DNA of 64,000 nt. Source: Octopus bimaculoides (taxonomy: Eukaryota). Below are positions 14,511 to 26,269 of this stretch, in pieces. Made by a program: the position numbers and the translations under genes. The stretch covers positions 96,502,121 through 96,566,120 of the forward strand of contig NC_068988.1 of the NCBI RefSeq assembly GCF_001194135.2, in the 5' to 3' direction. The notes under the pieces are model-generated. The model made no database searches. It saw only the letters and a program-made list of their open reading frames with translations, and had not been told where the DNA came from. The stretch's first letter is position 1, and each line of letters opens with the position of its first letter.

Positions 14511-14572
<62 letters not shown>
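14511..14572. repeat. (TAA)n microsatellite directly 5' of the Dong fragment; other (TAA)n tracts at 1316-1380, 40931-40993, 42917-42963, 62286-62347
   Basis: Read directly from the sequence. Confidence 0.95.
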
Positions 14573-14589
14573 TTAAAAAATGATAAGAA

Positions 14590-15222
14590 GAAGAATAAGA
14601 TAAACAACTTTGTGGAGAAATCCATGGGAGAATGGGAAACAGACGTGACATGTGTAAATGAATCGCTAAGTAACGGTAAAATAGGCTGGGGCATTCTTTA
14701 CGCTTCTTCACTGCGCCAATCTCTTACAAATATACTGAGAAAATCAAAGTCTGCCTATGAGTTTACCAAAACCAAGATGAGAATAAATCACCTACATTAT
14801 ATGGATGACCTTAAGGTATATACTAAAAGTGAGACAGACCTGGATTCTCTAATCCAAACAGTGAGAATGTTCAGTAAAGAATTTGGAATGCAGTTTGAGG
14901 CAGATTAGCTCGCAGTTCTAGCTATGAAGAGAGGCCGGAAGATAATGTCTGATGGCATAAAATTACCACAAGACAATATAATTCGATCACTGTGGAATAA
15001 TGAGGGGTACAAATACCCCGAAGTACTGCAAGACCATAAGATAATGGAAAAAGAAATGAGAAAGAAAGTCAATAAAGAATACAAAAGGAAAGTAAGAATC
15101 TTAAGAAAAATTCTTAAGATTTGAGGAGACTTGTTGTCACGAGACCTCAAGATAAAATACCTGCTAGCTAAATTAGCATATACTAGCGTAACAATAACAA
15201 CATCAACAATAGTAATGATAAT
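14590..15222 (+). mobile_element. R4/Dong-clade non-LTR retrotransposon remnant: RT fragment, internal deletion, ORF end, 3'UTR and degenerate (TAA)n tail
   Basis: ORFs 14501-14908 and 14924-15124 are in the same frame, separated by one TAG. They read ...KSMGEWET...LTNILRKSKSAYEFTKTKMRINHLHYMDDLKVYTKSETDLDSLIQTVRMFSKEFGMQF...MKRGRKIMSDGIKLP...GYKYPEVLQ...KEYKRKVRILRKILKI*. YMDD is at 14798-14809. The NHLxYMDDLK..K....LDSLIQTVR.FS..GM.F pattern is, from my knowledge, typical of R4/Dong RTs. The sequence after the stop (GGAGACTTGTTGTCAC...) resembles R4-type 3' ends and is followed by TAACAATAACAACATCAACAATAGTAATGATAAT. Confidence 0.85.
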
Positions 15223-18200
15223 CTATGTTTTTTTCTAATTAACTTTGAAACGATGAAACGGTTGTATGTAAGTGTAAGTCGGTCTAATATCAAGAAATCT
15301 CCTCACGGCCAACTGAGTTATTTCTAAAAGTGTATTAAATGATGTATGAAGATTTCACTTCCGTACTCAGCATTAACGGTTTTCAAAACCATAAAACACG
15401 ATTTTCTCAATTCGTCAGCTGAAGATGAAAGTGAATATTTAAGTCACTGTCTTTCATAACTGATTTATGGTGTTTTAGAAATTTTTCATGAAACGCCGAG
15501 ATATTTACAACAGGTGGACCTGAAAGATTAAGATGACAGTTTAATGCTTGAAGCAATAAAATAATAGGAAACCAGTCAGCTAAAAGAAGAAAATATTATA
15601 GTATTTGTTTATATAAATACTTTTGAACAAAAAAAAAAAAAATGCTACGAAACATAGAAGAAAATTTAGAGATCTTTAGAAAATTAAGGGAAATATTTAA
15701 ATAATGTAATATAAAATAAAAATGAAATTAATGTGAACAAAATGAAGAAAATGGTTTGGTACTAATTATATTTTTAAATTTCAGGAAGAATTTGAATAAT
15801 CTCAAACTTTACAGTTAATGAAAAACATGATCAGTTTCCATTCAAGCTGAAAACCAATGAATTTCTTTTGTAAAAGAAAATATATATAATTTGATTTAGA
15901 GATTTTTATAGAGATAATTGTTATATTGGTGTAAGAAGATTGAAGTACCAAAAAATGGTGTTGTTGTTGTTATGTAGCCATTGGTCAGCCTTGTCTGGAT
16001 TGACCCATACTTTAAAAAATTTCTAGTTATGGCCATTGTCTTCCATCTTTCGAGACATGTTTTGAGAAAGTAGGGGATATAATTTAAAGCTAATTTAACT
16101 ACTGTTTCTAGCAGCTGAGACGACTCCACGGAGGCTATATAGATGTTTCTGCAGTGGGAAAACTTTGCTGTTTTCGGAAGAGGGGGGAAGGGAGGGTATA
16201 ACATTAAATCTTTTCGCCGCGGACATTATCTGCCTAAGTGAACTGAAGTGGCCACAGCTGGGTGTAGTGTGAAGCTTAAAAGTTCACGTCACCAGAACAT
16301 GATGTCCTACTAAATGGCACTTATATGGGATGCCTTTAGATTTAGTGAAAATATGGTTGGATTAGATGAAAGGACCCTGGGGAGCCTTTCTCGCGATCAC
16401 GTTTCGAATACCGTAGTAATGACTATTTCACTCTACATACATTCACAACCTCTTTACGACTACACTGCCTTCAAATCAATAAAACTAATCATCCATTGAT
16501 GAATATATTTGTTTTGGAAATTGACTGTTGCATTTTTTTTTGAGATAAATGAAATAATGATTGCTATAATCGAGGCAGTTGTTCTTATTTTTTCTGATTC
16601 ATTCAACTGTAAACTAAGATATCTGCCGGTTCAGATGTGCAAGTCAGCATATTCGGAGTCTTCTCTCATTAATTTATCTGAATTTAACGGTATAATGCAC
16701 AAAACGTAGAAAGTGGAAAACTTTGCCAAACCCCTACTTAGATTTAAGATGGAACATTTCCTTTCAACTCCGAGTAAAGTTACTTTCGTACTTTTAAACT
16801 TGCTTTGATAACTATTAATTAATTCATCGTTTACAAATTAATGAAGTTTATAAAGTTTGATCTTGTATCACTTGTGAAAAAGAAAAGTGATCATATTATA
16901 TACACCATTATTTCATTCTATATTTACAACTTAAAGCTTATCGGTTTTCTCTTATATTCAATTATATACTTAGAGAAGTGGCCCTTTCCTGCAATTGAAA
17001 GCAGTTTGTGTATATATGCTGAAAGGGGACTAATTTTTATATGTTAGGCAAATCATTATTGAAAGTATGTATAATATGCCATAAAAATACTCATGTAATT
17101 ATGGCAGCCGTCACCAAAATTCAGTAACTTTGTCCACCGAAGAACAATTCTCTTTAATATTTTTATTAACAATTAATACTTAAACAGAAAACTAATGCCT
17201 TCTGACAATTACTGTCAGAATCCCAAAGCGAAGGAATAAGAACAGAGTCTGAATCTGCGATTAATACAAGTCCAATTCATTTTACCGCTACTGCACATAA
17301 ACGTCTTAAGTTTTCATGCACCTTCCTCTAGAATATAAGGATTTATGTTATCATTTAGGCCATATTTGACGAGTCCAATAAGACTTTCAATAGCTTTCAT
17401 ATCCTTGAAGACTTATACCAGTATATTTTTGTATTTTAGAGAGGAATCGGGGACTTATGTAGCAAAGAGTATTTCAATATGCTTAGTATTTCGGCTCGAT
17501 CCTCGAATTTCTAAGTTCAAATCAGCTGTGGTTAATTTTAACCCATCATCATCCCTCTCCTGTTCGATAATTAAGTACCATTAATGTACTAATATAAAGT
17601 CTGCATTCCGCAAAACGTAGCCACTCATTGGACTTTCTTTCTCTTATTTATGGCTGACCGATGAAGTACCCGACGTCTGTCGAACCACAACGAAGTGGAG
17701 CTTATCCTAATCCAGAAAGATCCTTTTAACGCTATTAACCTTTTGACTCTAAAGAATACGTCTATTTGGGAAAATACTCAATACAACAGAAAAACATTAT
17801 GACTGAAATAACTTCAAACAGCTGTCACAGCAAAACATGCGAATAGAATAAAACTGTGTAACTAACAAAAGTAGTAAAAATGTAACTAATTATGCCAATT
17901 AGCCCAGTTGCATTCTAATAGACCTTTGGAGAATGTAAATTTCTGAAATGAATCCATAGGTGATTACCACTATTAACAGTGTATCAGTTATCATTCCCAA
18001 TTTTATTCCCTTCGGAATATAAAAATCTGATTTCTCATTACTGTCACAAACCCCGTCGTCATATCATCATTTCTACAGTTATAATCTATCATTGATACTC
18101 TCAAAAAACTCAGAATTCACAGAAAAATGTGAAAACCTGTGAGAGATCTTCTGTGTAAGAGACCGCTTCTGATTCACAAGATTAGTTAATTTCAAGTGGA

Positions 18201-18756
18201 CCGTACATCGCCCGGATTGTGTTTTGGCTTCGTTATCCACTTCAATATTTCGGCCAGCGATAAGGGTCGAGTTCTGAATTCACTTCTATCTTAAATTTCA
18301 TTTCCGAAATATTTTTTAATCAACAATGAAAACCTAACCAGATGCTCGTCTTCTATTGTACAATGCTTTCACTGCTCAACACATTTCTACCAGGGAGGAT
18401 TGATAATCCCGTTTTAAAGAAACAAGTAATCAGTGAACTTCAAGACTAATCCAATTCGACGTATTGGCGTTCATTGCATTTTTCATCTGAAATTAGATGT
18501 CAATTTACGGTTGCTACCACTTACTTGAAAGTCTCAGACATAACTGAAGACTGTGCTGTATTCTGTTATCAAAGCTGTCATGTTTATCTACTTACTTCTA
18601 CTGAATGAGTGCAGTCTGGATGGAAGATAACCTTTCCGCCATTGGTTGCCGTCTTCTTCTTCTTCTTCTTCTTCTTCTTCTTCTTCTTCTTCTTGGTTAA
18701 GGGTTGAGTCAAATGTCTTGTACTCTTGATTAATAGCATTTTACTAGAGACTACAC

Positions 18757-18830
<74 letters not shown>

Positions 18831-19170
18831 GTGTTAAAACAAAAATTTAGATTCTGCTCATAAACTTTCCAAAATTTTCGTGTCCACAAAAGTCACAAAT
18901 ATATAACAAATGATTGAGGCGGAAAATAGAATAGACGAGAAGCTTCATCGTTCACGACGATCGTTTCGAACCATCATGTATCGATCCCTCGTGGTTGGGA
19001 TACTGTATAACTGATTGTGGCGCATCACTCGGTGTAGACGTGTCTCGTCAGGTGATGTTATAAATAGTATTTAAATAAACCCTATTCCGCTCGCTTTAAT
19101 ATAATATGTTGTTTGTGAGGTCAGGTTTAAGCTGTTGTACATATATGTATGTATATATAAGTACATATAT

Positions 19171-19490
19171 ATTCTTTATTCCTTTATATGTTTCAGCCAT
19201 ATTAATTGGCCAATTCTATGTGACTGGCTTTTGGTGAAGGAGGGAGTCGGACACTGCTTCCCTCTTTTGAGTTTCCTGCCATGATATTGATTCATCTGGG
19301 ACTTTGAAGAGCAGAAGATCATGTTGTTTCTTGAAAAGTATTACCCCTATTCTACGAAGATCATCACTCAGATGTTTTGGCAAGTAATTAAGTAGCCGTG
19401 GGTCCTTGAATCCCAAGCTATTGCAGTACTTGGTACTCGCCTTAGATGGGACAGCGGTGACTTTTGGAACAGCGCAGTGACGTCCATTTC
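19171..19490 (-). mobile_element. CR1/L2-group LINE, 5'-truncated 3' end (ORF2 C-terminus plus short 3' tail)
   Basis: The minus strand translates GRHCAVPKVTAVPSKASTKYCNSLGFKDPRLLNYLPKHLSDDLRRIGVILFKKQHDLLLFKVPDESISWQETQKREAVSDSLLHQKPVT*. This matches the GRxC.VP...NSL...GPRLFN.LP...FK..LD..L..VPD.P...RAA.SNSL..Q C-terminal pattern I recognise from CR1-group ORF2s. It ends in TGGCTGAAACATATAAAGGAATAAAGAAT. Clade assignment is from memory. Confidence 0.7.
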
Positions 19491-19809
19491 AAAATCGCTT
19501 ATTAGTTGTAAAAGTTAGCAGTTGATAAGAATAATTTATTTTTTATTGAATTCGCAGTTATGAAAATAAAAAGACGACACCAGCTTGATTTGAGGATGTA
19601 AGTTAGATTCTACCAATGCGATTTTTGATATAATCCTAAATAAAAAGTCTTTAAATACATGTTCACAGGGATAGCGAGGTTTTACAATGCTGGAAAAATT
19701 AAGTTTCTCTCATGCAAAGCAATTTTTTCATGGTCAGCCAAAGATACAGATAAAATTCAAAAATTCAAATTCTGTCAGAAAAAAAAAAAATTCTTCTATG
19801 AATAGTAAG

Positions 19810-20010
19810 AATGGTTTTTGGCACGAAGCCAGTAATTTCGGGTGGGTGGGGTAAATCGATTATCGATCCTAGTGTTTTATTGGTACGTATTTTATCGATC
19901 CCGAAAGGATGAAAGGCAAGTCGACGGAATTTGAACTCAGAAAGTAAAGACGGATAAAATGCCGCTAAGCATTGTGTCCGGTGTGCTAACGATTCTGCCA
20001 GCTCTTCGCC
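19810..20010 (-). mobile_element. SINE family A; a degenerate second copy lies at about 20050-20210
   Basis: ATCGATCCCGAAAGGATGAAAGGCAAGTCGAC..ATTTGAACTCAGAA...CCGCTAAGCATT...GCTAACGATTCTGCCAGCTC. Confidence 0.8.
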
Positions 20011-20726
20011 TTACTATGAAAACTAATAACGATTAGTAATTTTGACTTGGAATGGAAAAGTTAATTCTATGGATCGGCTGACACCTATTTTACCGGTCCG
20101 TATTCGTGAAAGGAAAAGTTTATCTCACCAAAACTTGAACTCAAAATCTGAGGGTGCATAATTGAATGTTACAAAACATTTTTGTCTATTTAGCACTCTA
20201 TGAATTCTGTTATCCAACTTTCCAACGCATCCCCCCACCAATAAGATCTGCAACAAGAAACATACCACATTAACACGATTCGGCATCAAACACCCTACTG
20301 AGTAAGAATCAACGAATTGGGTTTGATGAATTCAAGAGAAAAAGAAAAATCAAAATCATTGACAGTGTTAAAAATATATAAAAAAATGTTTTAAAATATT
20401 GAACAAGAATAGCATTAGGACTTGTCATTGAGCTTAAAAATATCCAACGTTGAATGATATAAAGCAGAGACTAAAAGACATGTTTATATTTTGATTAAAG
20501 AGCGAGAGTTGTGTCTAACTGACAGTGTGTGAGATATAGATCATTCTGAGAAGAAGTCAGAGGTGCAAGGGGAGAGAAGCAGGAGGCGTTAAAAATGCAG
20601 TTGCCTTGAAGCATTAGCATCTTTATGATGAAACACTGGGAAGAAATGAATGAATTTTCACATTACCAAAAGGCATTTCATTTCATTTATACCTGAAAAT
20701 ACTTCCGGTAAAAGCATGACCATAAT

Positions 20727-20766
<40 letters not shown>

Positions 20767-20920
20767 GTATATGAATGTTGGACAAAAGCATTTTTTGCGT
20801 GTGCTATTCAACATCACCGCCGCCGTCGCCACCGCCACCACCAGCAGCAGCAGCAGCAACAACAACAATAATAATAATTTATTTTATTTGCCACAGGGGC
20901 ATCAAGAAGATGGAAGAGGA

Positions 20921-21007
20921 GAAGAAGAAGAAGAAGAAGAAGAAGAAGAAGAAGAAGAAGAAGAAGAAGAAGAAGAAGAAGAAGAAGAAGAAGAAGAAGA
21001 AGAAGAA
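20921..21007. repeat. (GAA)n microsatellite; a (TTC)n tract also lies at about 18652-18693
   Basis: Read directly; explains the poly-E/K/L ORFs in the track. Confidence 0.95.
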
Positions 21008-21537
21008 TAGCAAAGAGAAGAGAAGAAGAATCAGTGAGATGGGATGAGAAGCTGTCCATGTGACATGAAAACAAATCAGCGATATTTGAAATGTCCGTTG
21101 ATTGATACTTAACTATTTGACACACACATTTACATCAACGCCTTCAATAATCAAACGTGAGATTTGTTGCCTGCGAACATTTGAAATGGTTCTTGTGTGT
21201 TGTTCTATCTCTTAAACTCAAAACACAGTGAGTAGCAAACGTTCATTAAACACACACGAGATACAGAAGTGAACTCCATGAATAAATAAATATTAAATAT
21301 ATTTCCAACAATCATTTCGATGTTTGTCTTGCTACTGTCTTGTTTCTTACTTCGATGTTTTTTTTGTTTGTTTATTATGTGTACTTTTATTTTATTTGAT
21401 GGACCAATGAGATGCTGACTAATTCAAAAATTCTTTTAGCAGAGTTTTTTTTGTTTTTGTTTTTTTCTGTTAATGACAGGTAATCACATAAAGGTGCAGA
21501 TTGATGGCTTTCACTAGCTGTTAATATAACTGAACTC

Positions 21538-21753
21538 TAGGGGCGGCGAGCTGGCAGAAACGTTAGCACACCGGACGAAATGCTTAGCGGTACTTCGTCT
21601 CTCTTTACGTTCTGAGTTCAAATTCCGCTGAGGTCGACTTTGCCTTTCATCCTTTCGGGGTCGATAAATTAAGTACCAGTTGCGTACTGGGGTTGATTTA
21701 ATCGGCTGGCTCCTCCCCTCGGAATTTCGAACCTTGTGCCTAGAATAGAAAAG
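21538..21753 (+). mobile_element. tRNA-derived SINE family A (Meta/MESC-like central domain), full length with 15-bp TSD
   Basis: Head GGCGGCGAGCTGGCAGAAACGTTAG, B-box-like GAGTTCAAATTCC, centre GTCGACTTTGCCTTTCATCCTTTCGGGGTCGATAAATTAAGTACCAG. Exact flanking direct repeat AATATAACTGAACTC at 21523-21537 and 21754-21768. The Meta/MESC assignment is from memory. Confidence 0.85.
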
Positions 21754-21812
21754 AATATAACTGAACTCAGCAACTCCCTACACAATTCTATGACGGAGGA
21801 TCTTCATGAGAG

Positions 21813-22020
21813 TTCGACTTGCTAACAGTAGCAGCCGAATCTCCATGAAATCACACCCTCTCGTCTAAAAAAAAGAAACAAAAATTACGATGCGTTTGAT
21901 AACGAAGTCCCTGTTATACTATTGCTGGAATCAGACAACATGGTCAAAGCTTAAATACCTAAATATCTTCTGATCACATGTCTGTTCGATCAAGGTTGAT
22001 CTGGTACTCAACAACATCAA
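21813..22020 (+). repeat. Old dispersed repeat family D with (CAA)n-like end; other copies at about 5168-5345 (+), 15960-16100 (-), 25258-25345 (+), 26425-26460 (+), 45625-45805 (+), 61720-61800 (+)
   Basis: Shared motif GCTAGAAATAGCAGCC..AAT.TCC...AAATCACAC, then GGATAATG.AGTC, and an AACAACAAC end across copies. Class unassigned. Confidence 0.55.
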
Positions 22021-22585
22021 GAATCTAATACGAGGAGAAACTTTGTCCTGGAAATAGCAAACACATCCCTCCCCCACCACACTCGGTCGTCATTAGAAGA
22101 AAGTCGGGGTGATATAGTGCAAAGCAGAGTAGGAGAAAACATATGCACGTAAAATATGGAATGGTCACGAGTGGAATGTCGGCTGAAGATAACTGGGGTT
22201 AAACAACATAATTTTACAATAAAAGATAAATTTGCTTTTTCATGGCTGAATTTTATTATGGTAGATAAAATATTAATTCTTCAATTTATGGAGGTAGATT
22301 TTTTGATTTTTTTCATTATACATTTTGAGGCAACAGGAGATAGTAAATGATGGATTAATAAAATATATCGCTAAATTCTGTGACAAAACAAAAATCCCTT
22401 ATATTTCTTTGTCAATAAAATCTGTCCGTTTTCCTTTTAAATTGAAATAGGGCCATATTAACTAAAAAAAAAAACTCTTCTTTTTCAGCCAGAATCTGTT
22501 AGTAAAAACGAATAAAAGGTGGAAAATATCCTAGCAAAATGATCGGTTATTTTACTGCGATTTAACTGAGAAGTTTGATGCAAAC

Positions 22586-22778
22586 AATCAGTGAACTTCA
22601 AGACTAATCCAATTCGACGTATTGGCGTTCATTGCATTTTTCATCTGAAATTAGATGTCAATTTACTGTTGCTACTACTTACTTGAAAGTCTCAGACATA
22701 ACTGAAGACTGCTGTATTCTGTTATCAAAGCTGTCATGTTTATCTACTTACTTCTACTGAATGAGTGCAGTCTGGATG
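22586..22778 (+). repeat. Near-identical direct duplicate of 18428-18622, ending at an N-gap
   Basis: About 195 bp, differing by two substitutions and one 2-bp indel. Confidence 0.9.
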
Positions 22779-23249
22779 NNNNNNNNNNNNNNNNNNNNNN
22801 NNNNNNNNNNNNNNNNNNNNNNNNNNNNNNNNNNNNNNNNNNNNNNNNNNNNNNNNNNNNNNNNNNNNNNNNNNNNNNNNNNNNNNNNNNNNNNNNNNNN
22901 NNNNNNNNNNNNNNNNNNNNNNNNNNNNNNNNNNNNNNNNNNNNNNNNNNNNNNNNNNNNNNNNNNNNNNNNNNNNNNNNNNNNNNNNNNNNNNNNNNNN
23001 NNNNNNNNNNNNNNNNNNNNNNNNNNNNNNNNNNNNNNNNNNNNNNNNNNNNNNNNNNNNNNNNNNNNNNNNNNNNNNNNNNNNNNNNNNNNNNNNNNNN
23101 NNNNNNNNNNNNNNNNNNNNNNNNNNNNNNNNNNNNNNNNNNNNNNNNNNNNNNNNNNNNNNNNNNNNNNNNNNNNNNNNNNNNNNNNNNNNNNNNNNNN
23201 NNNNNNNNNNNNNNNNNNNNNNNNNNNNNNNNNNNNNNNNNNNNNNNNN

Positions 23250-23291
<42 letters not shown>

Positions 23292-23659
23292 AAGATAAGT
23301 ATGTAGCAACTCGTGCGCTTGACTTACGTGATATTTCTCAGTTGTTTACGCCGTTCCATATTTATATTATAGACAAATGTCGAACCTCGAAATATCGTAA
23401 TTTACTGTGAATTGTTTGTCGGAACACGTTGCATGCAGCGAATGTCTCACTCCTCGCCTCATGCGCCACATTCTCACTCAAGCAGACACACATAAATGAG
23501 GAAGTGTTATTAATTATCCACAATATATCTTCACCACCGTATCTCCAGCCGATCACCCTTACCCTCTCTTCGGAAATGTGTGTAGTTATGTAGCTCTTCT
23601 AAGACAAGACACCCGACATAATAAAGCAGATTTCTCTGGGGCTCGTCGTATTGCATGGC

Positions 23660-23875
23660 AAGGTGTGCGATTAGCACTGATGACGCAAAAAAAGCATCCA
23701 GCACATTCTGTAAAATGGTTGGTTTTACAAAGGGCGTCCAGCCGAAGAAATCATGCCAAAACAAATACTAGAGTACGATGCAGTACTTTGAACTCATCGG
23801 ATCCCGTCAAACTGTCTTGCTCATGCCAACACGGAACATGGACTTTAAATGATGTTGATGATGATGGCGATGATA
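23660..23875 (+). mobile_element. SINE-like repeat family F with (GAT)n tail
   Basis: GTAAAATGGTTGG...AAGGGCGTCCAGCCGAAGAAATCATGCCAAAAC...GGATCCCGTCAAAC...TCATGCCAACACGGAACATGGACTTTAAATGATGTTGATGATGATGGCGATGAT. A GACGTTAAATGATGATGA-type tail is typical of RTE-mobilised SINEs (from memory). Confidence 0.55.
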
Positions 23876-24036
23876 TCTCATTACCAATAACGGTTCCCGT
23901 ATCTCCGTAACTATAGAGGCTAGAAATCTCATTGGAAGATTTCCAACGAATTTTGTTTGAGCAAATCCGGGAATTGTTTTGCGACGCTTACACCATAAAA
24001 CTTACACACACACACACACATACACACACACACACA

Positions 24037-24070
<34 letters not shown>

Positions 24071-24551
24071 GAGATATGTATGTATATGTGTGTGTGTATT
24101 TATGCATATACTTATGTTTGTATATATATATATATATATATATAGAATTATCAATAAACATCAGACATCATAAAAGTATCGGGTTGTCAGATAAATTCGC
24201 TCCCCCTCCCATTCATTTCAATCGTTCTCAATGTTGTTTGAATTGACACGAAAAATATTTATTCGTGTTGTTTCATGACATTTTTTTTACAACTTTTCTT
24301 AATCGTTTTTGAAATTTGAATAAAGTTTACCTCTTCGCAAACATATTACAGTGGAGTGCCAAATTGGAAAGAAAAAAAAAAGGAATGAATTTCTTTAACC
24401 CCATAGAAATAGGAAACCATGAACGATTTTAAGAATATTGAAGATGGACATGACAGACCAGACACTGGATGGAAAACAAAAAATTTCAAAGCTACGATCG
24501 AAACTTCACTGCAGCCGGAGAACAGGTGATAAAACCCACTTTTTATTAAAA

Positions 24552-24762
24552 TACTGAAACCCTTCGCCATATCGCAGTTCACCTATCGCGCATTCAGTAC
24601 ATTGTGGATTTTTCTGGCTAATACATGTAAATTTACATCGCGGACTCCTCAGTATATATCGCGGGTTTCTGCGGCCGATAGGCATTTATATTTCTTTTAG
24701 CCTTTGATTATTTCTGTGGAAGGTTTTGGAACCTAACGCCCGCGATAGTCGAGGGATTACTC
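24552..24762. mobile_element. Tigger/pogo-like MITE
   Basis: Left end ACTGAAACCCTTCGCCATATCGCAGTTCACCTATCGCG; right end CCCGCGATAGTCGAGGGATTACT. These form degenerate inverted termini of the CAGTxxxCCCTCG..TATCGCG type. Confidence 0.6.
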
Positions 24763-25436
24763 CATCACGTTATAATTGGATGTGTTTCATGATTGATTTT
24801 AAAAAAAAGTGGACTTTGCCTGGGTACGGCTGGTACATTCTCAGTACTGACAACCTCAACAGCATTGATAACTTATGATAAGTCAGCTCTAAGATTATTG
24901 TCTATAACCTTTAGCCAGCAGTGTTATGACACTTCATATAATCACGAAACTTGATATTGTTTAACGATGGGAGATGATAAGCCGTGATAGCGATGTTCCA
25001 TAAACGATGAAACGTGGAGAAAAACTGCTTAAGATCGGAAAAGGAAAACAAATAGTGAATATTAGTTTTGGGTAAAATCGAGGGCGGCTGTAATTAAGTA
25101 TGGTGGAATGGTGAGACGAAGTTAAATACTATAAGAAGCAGAGCTGGTTAGTCAGAGGCGATGGTGACAGTCTCCATATTGATTGGCGCCCGTCGCAGAT
25201 TGGTAGATTCAGTGTGGATGAAATTCTGTTGGTTAGAATGTGGACGTCTGTAACTGGTTGTTCGACTTGCAAGAAATAGTATCTAAATATCCTTCAAAGA
25301 GCAATCTATTTTCAATAAAGGAAACAGTGGATAATGCAGTCTTAAACGTACTTCGAGAGAGACGGGGCGACAACTAATGGAATCTGTTTAAGCATATCAC
25401 AGACCTGCACAGTCAGAACAGAAATTAAAGAAATCT

Positions 25437-25458
25437 CCTCCCCCTCCCCCTCCCCCTC

Positions 25459-25498
<40 letters not shown>

Positions 25499-25626
25499 TC
25501 GTCGCTGCCTTCGTCGCTGTTGTCATCACGACGACGACGACCACCACCACCACCACCACCATACCTACTAACGCCACCAACAACATTGCCATCATTACCA
25601 TCATCGCCACCGACACCACCATCACA
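25437..25626. repeat. Compound GC-rich low-complexity tract (CCCCCT)n-(CGT)n-(ACG)n-(ACC)n
   Basis: Read directly; explains the poly-T/V/R/P ORFs. Confidence 0.9.
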
Positions 25627-26054
25627 GTTCAGGACAATGACAGAATATAAATATTTATATTCCGTTTATGCTTCCAGAAATATAATGGTTGCAAATGCTT
25701 CCAGCGTTGCTCTCTGCAGACATGTCGGTGAAAACGTTTCTGCAAATTATAAGCTGAGTACAGTGTCAGGCAAATTATATTGGCTCTAGTATCCTTCCTC
25801 ATTTGGTTGGGTGTTGTTGAAGAAATGTTTGAAGAAGCTTGGTGGTTACAATTTATTTACGTCAATTCTATCAAATAACTTGTTTAAATAATTACTTAGT
25901 GTAACTGACGTAATCCGAGTAAATTTACGCAGAGAGGTAAAGTGACGCAGCGTAAGAGACAATAACATCATTTCCGCTTTCTTCATTGCAACCACCACCG
26001 CTCATGTGGGGCATCTGAATAACAATTTACGTTATATGTAAACATTTAATTTAG

Positions 26055-26269
26055 CGGGGTGTGCTGAGACGTTCCTGGCTTTGGGTAAAAGGAAATACAG
26101 GAGGATCAGTTAACTATGATTTTATTCAACTTATTCCCCTCTCGGTTCCACACACTCATTGCAGCGGTCCTTCAGTTTTTCTAAGTCCTGTAAAAGAACT
26201 CGGAAGGTTGGACCCCGACCAAACCTTTTGGGATGTCCTTAAAGCCAAGAACTTTTCAGCGGCCCCTCG
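26055..26269. mobile_element. Mariner-derived MITE (family M1), second more diverged copy
   Basis: Colinear with 8377-8592 over its full length (e.g. GAGGATCAGTTAA..ATTTTATTCAAC..ATTCCCCTCTC..GCAGCGGT.CTTCAGTTTTTC). Ends in AACTTTTCAGCGGCCCCTCG. Confidence 0.8.

Noticed and set aside
20896-21047. Acceptor-like TTTGCCACAG followed by poly-Glu/poly-Lys frames
   Set aside because: Content is a pure (GAA)n microsatellite, with no donor or complex coding sequence.
25437-25460. Possible G-quadruplex on the minus strand
   Set aside because: Only three runs of three or more G plus GG doublets; not a canonical G4.
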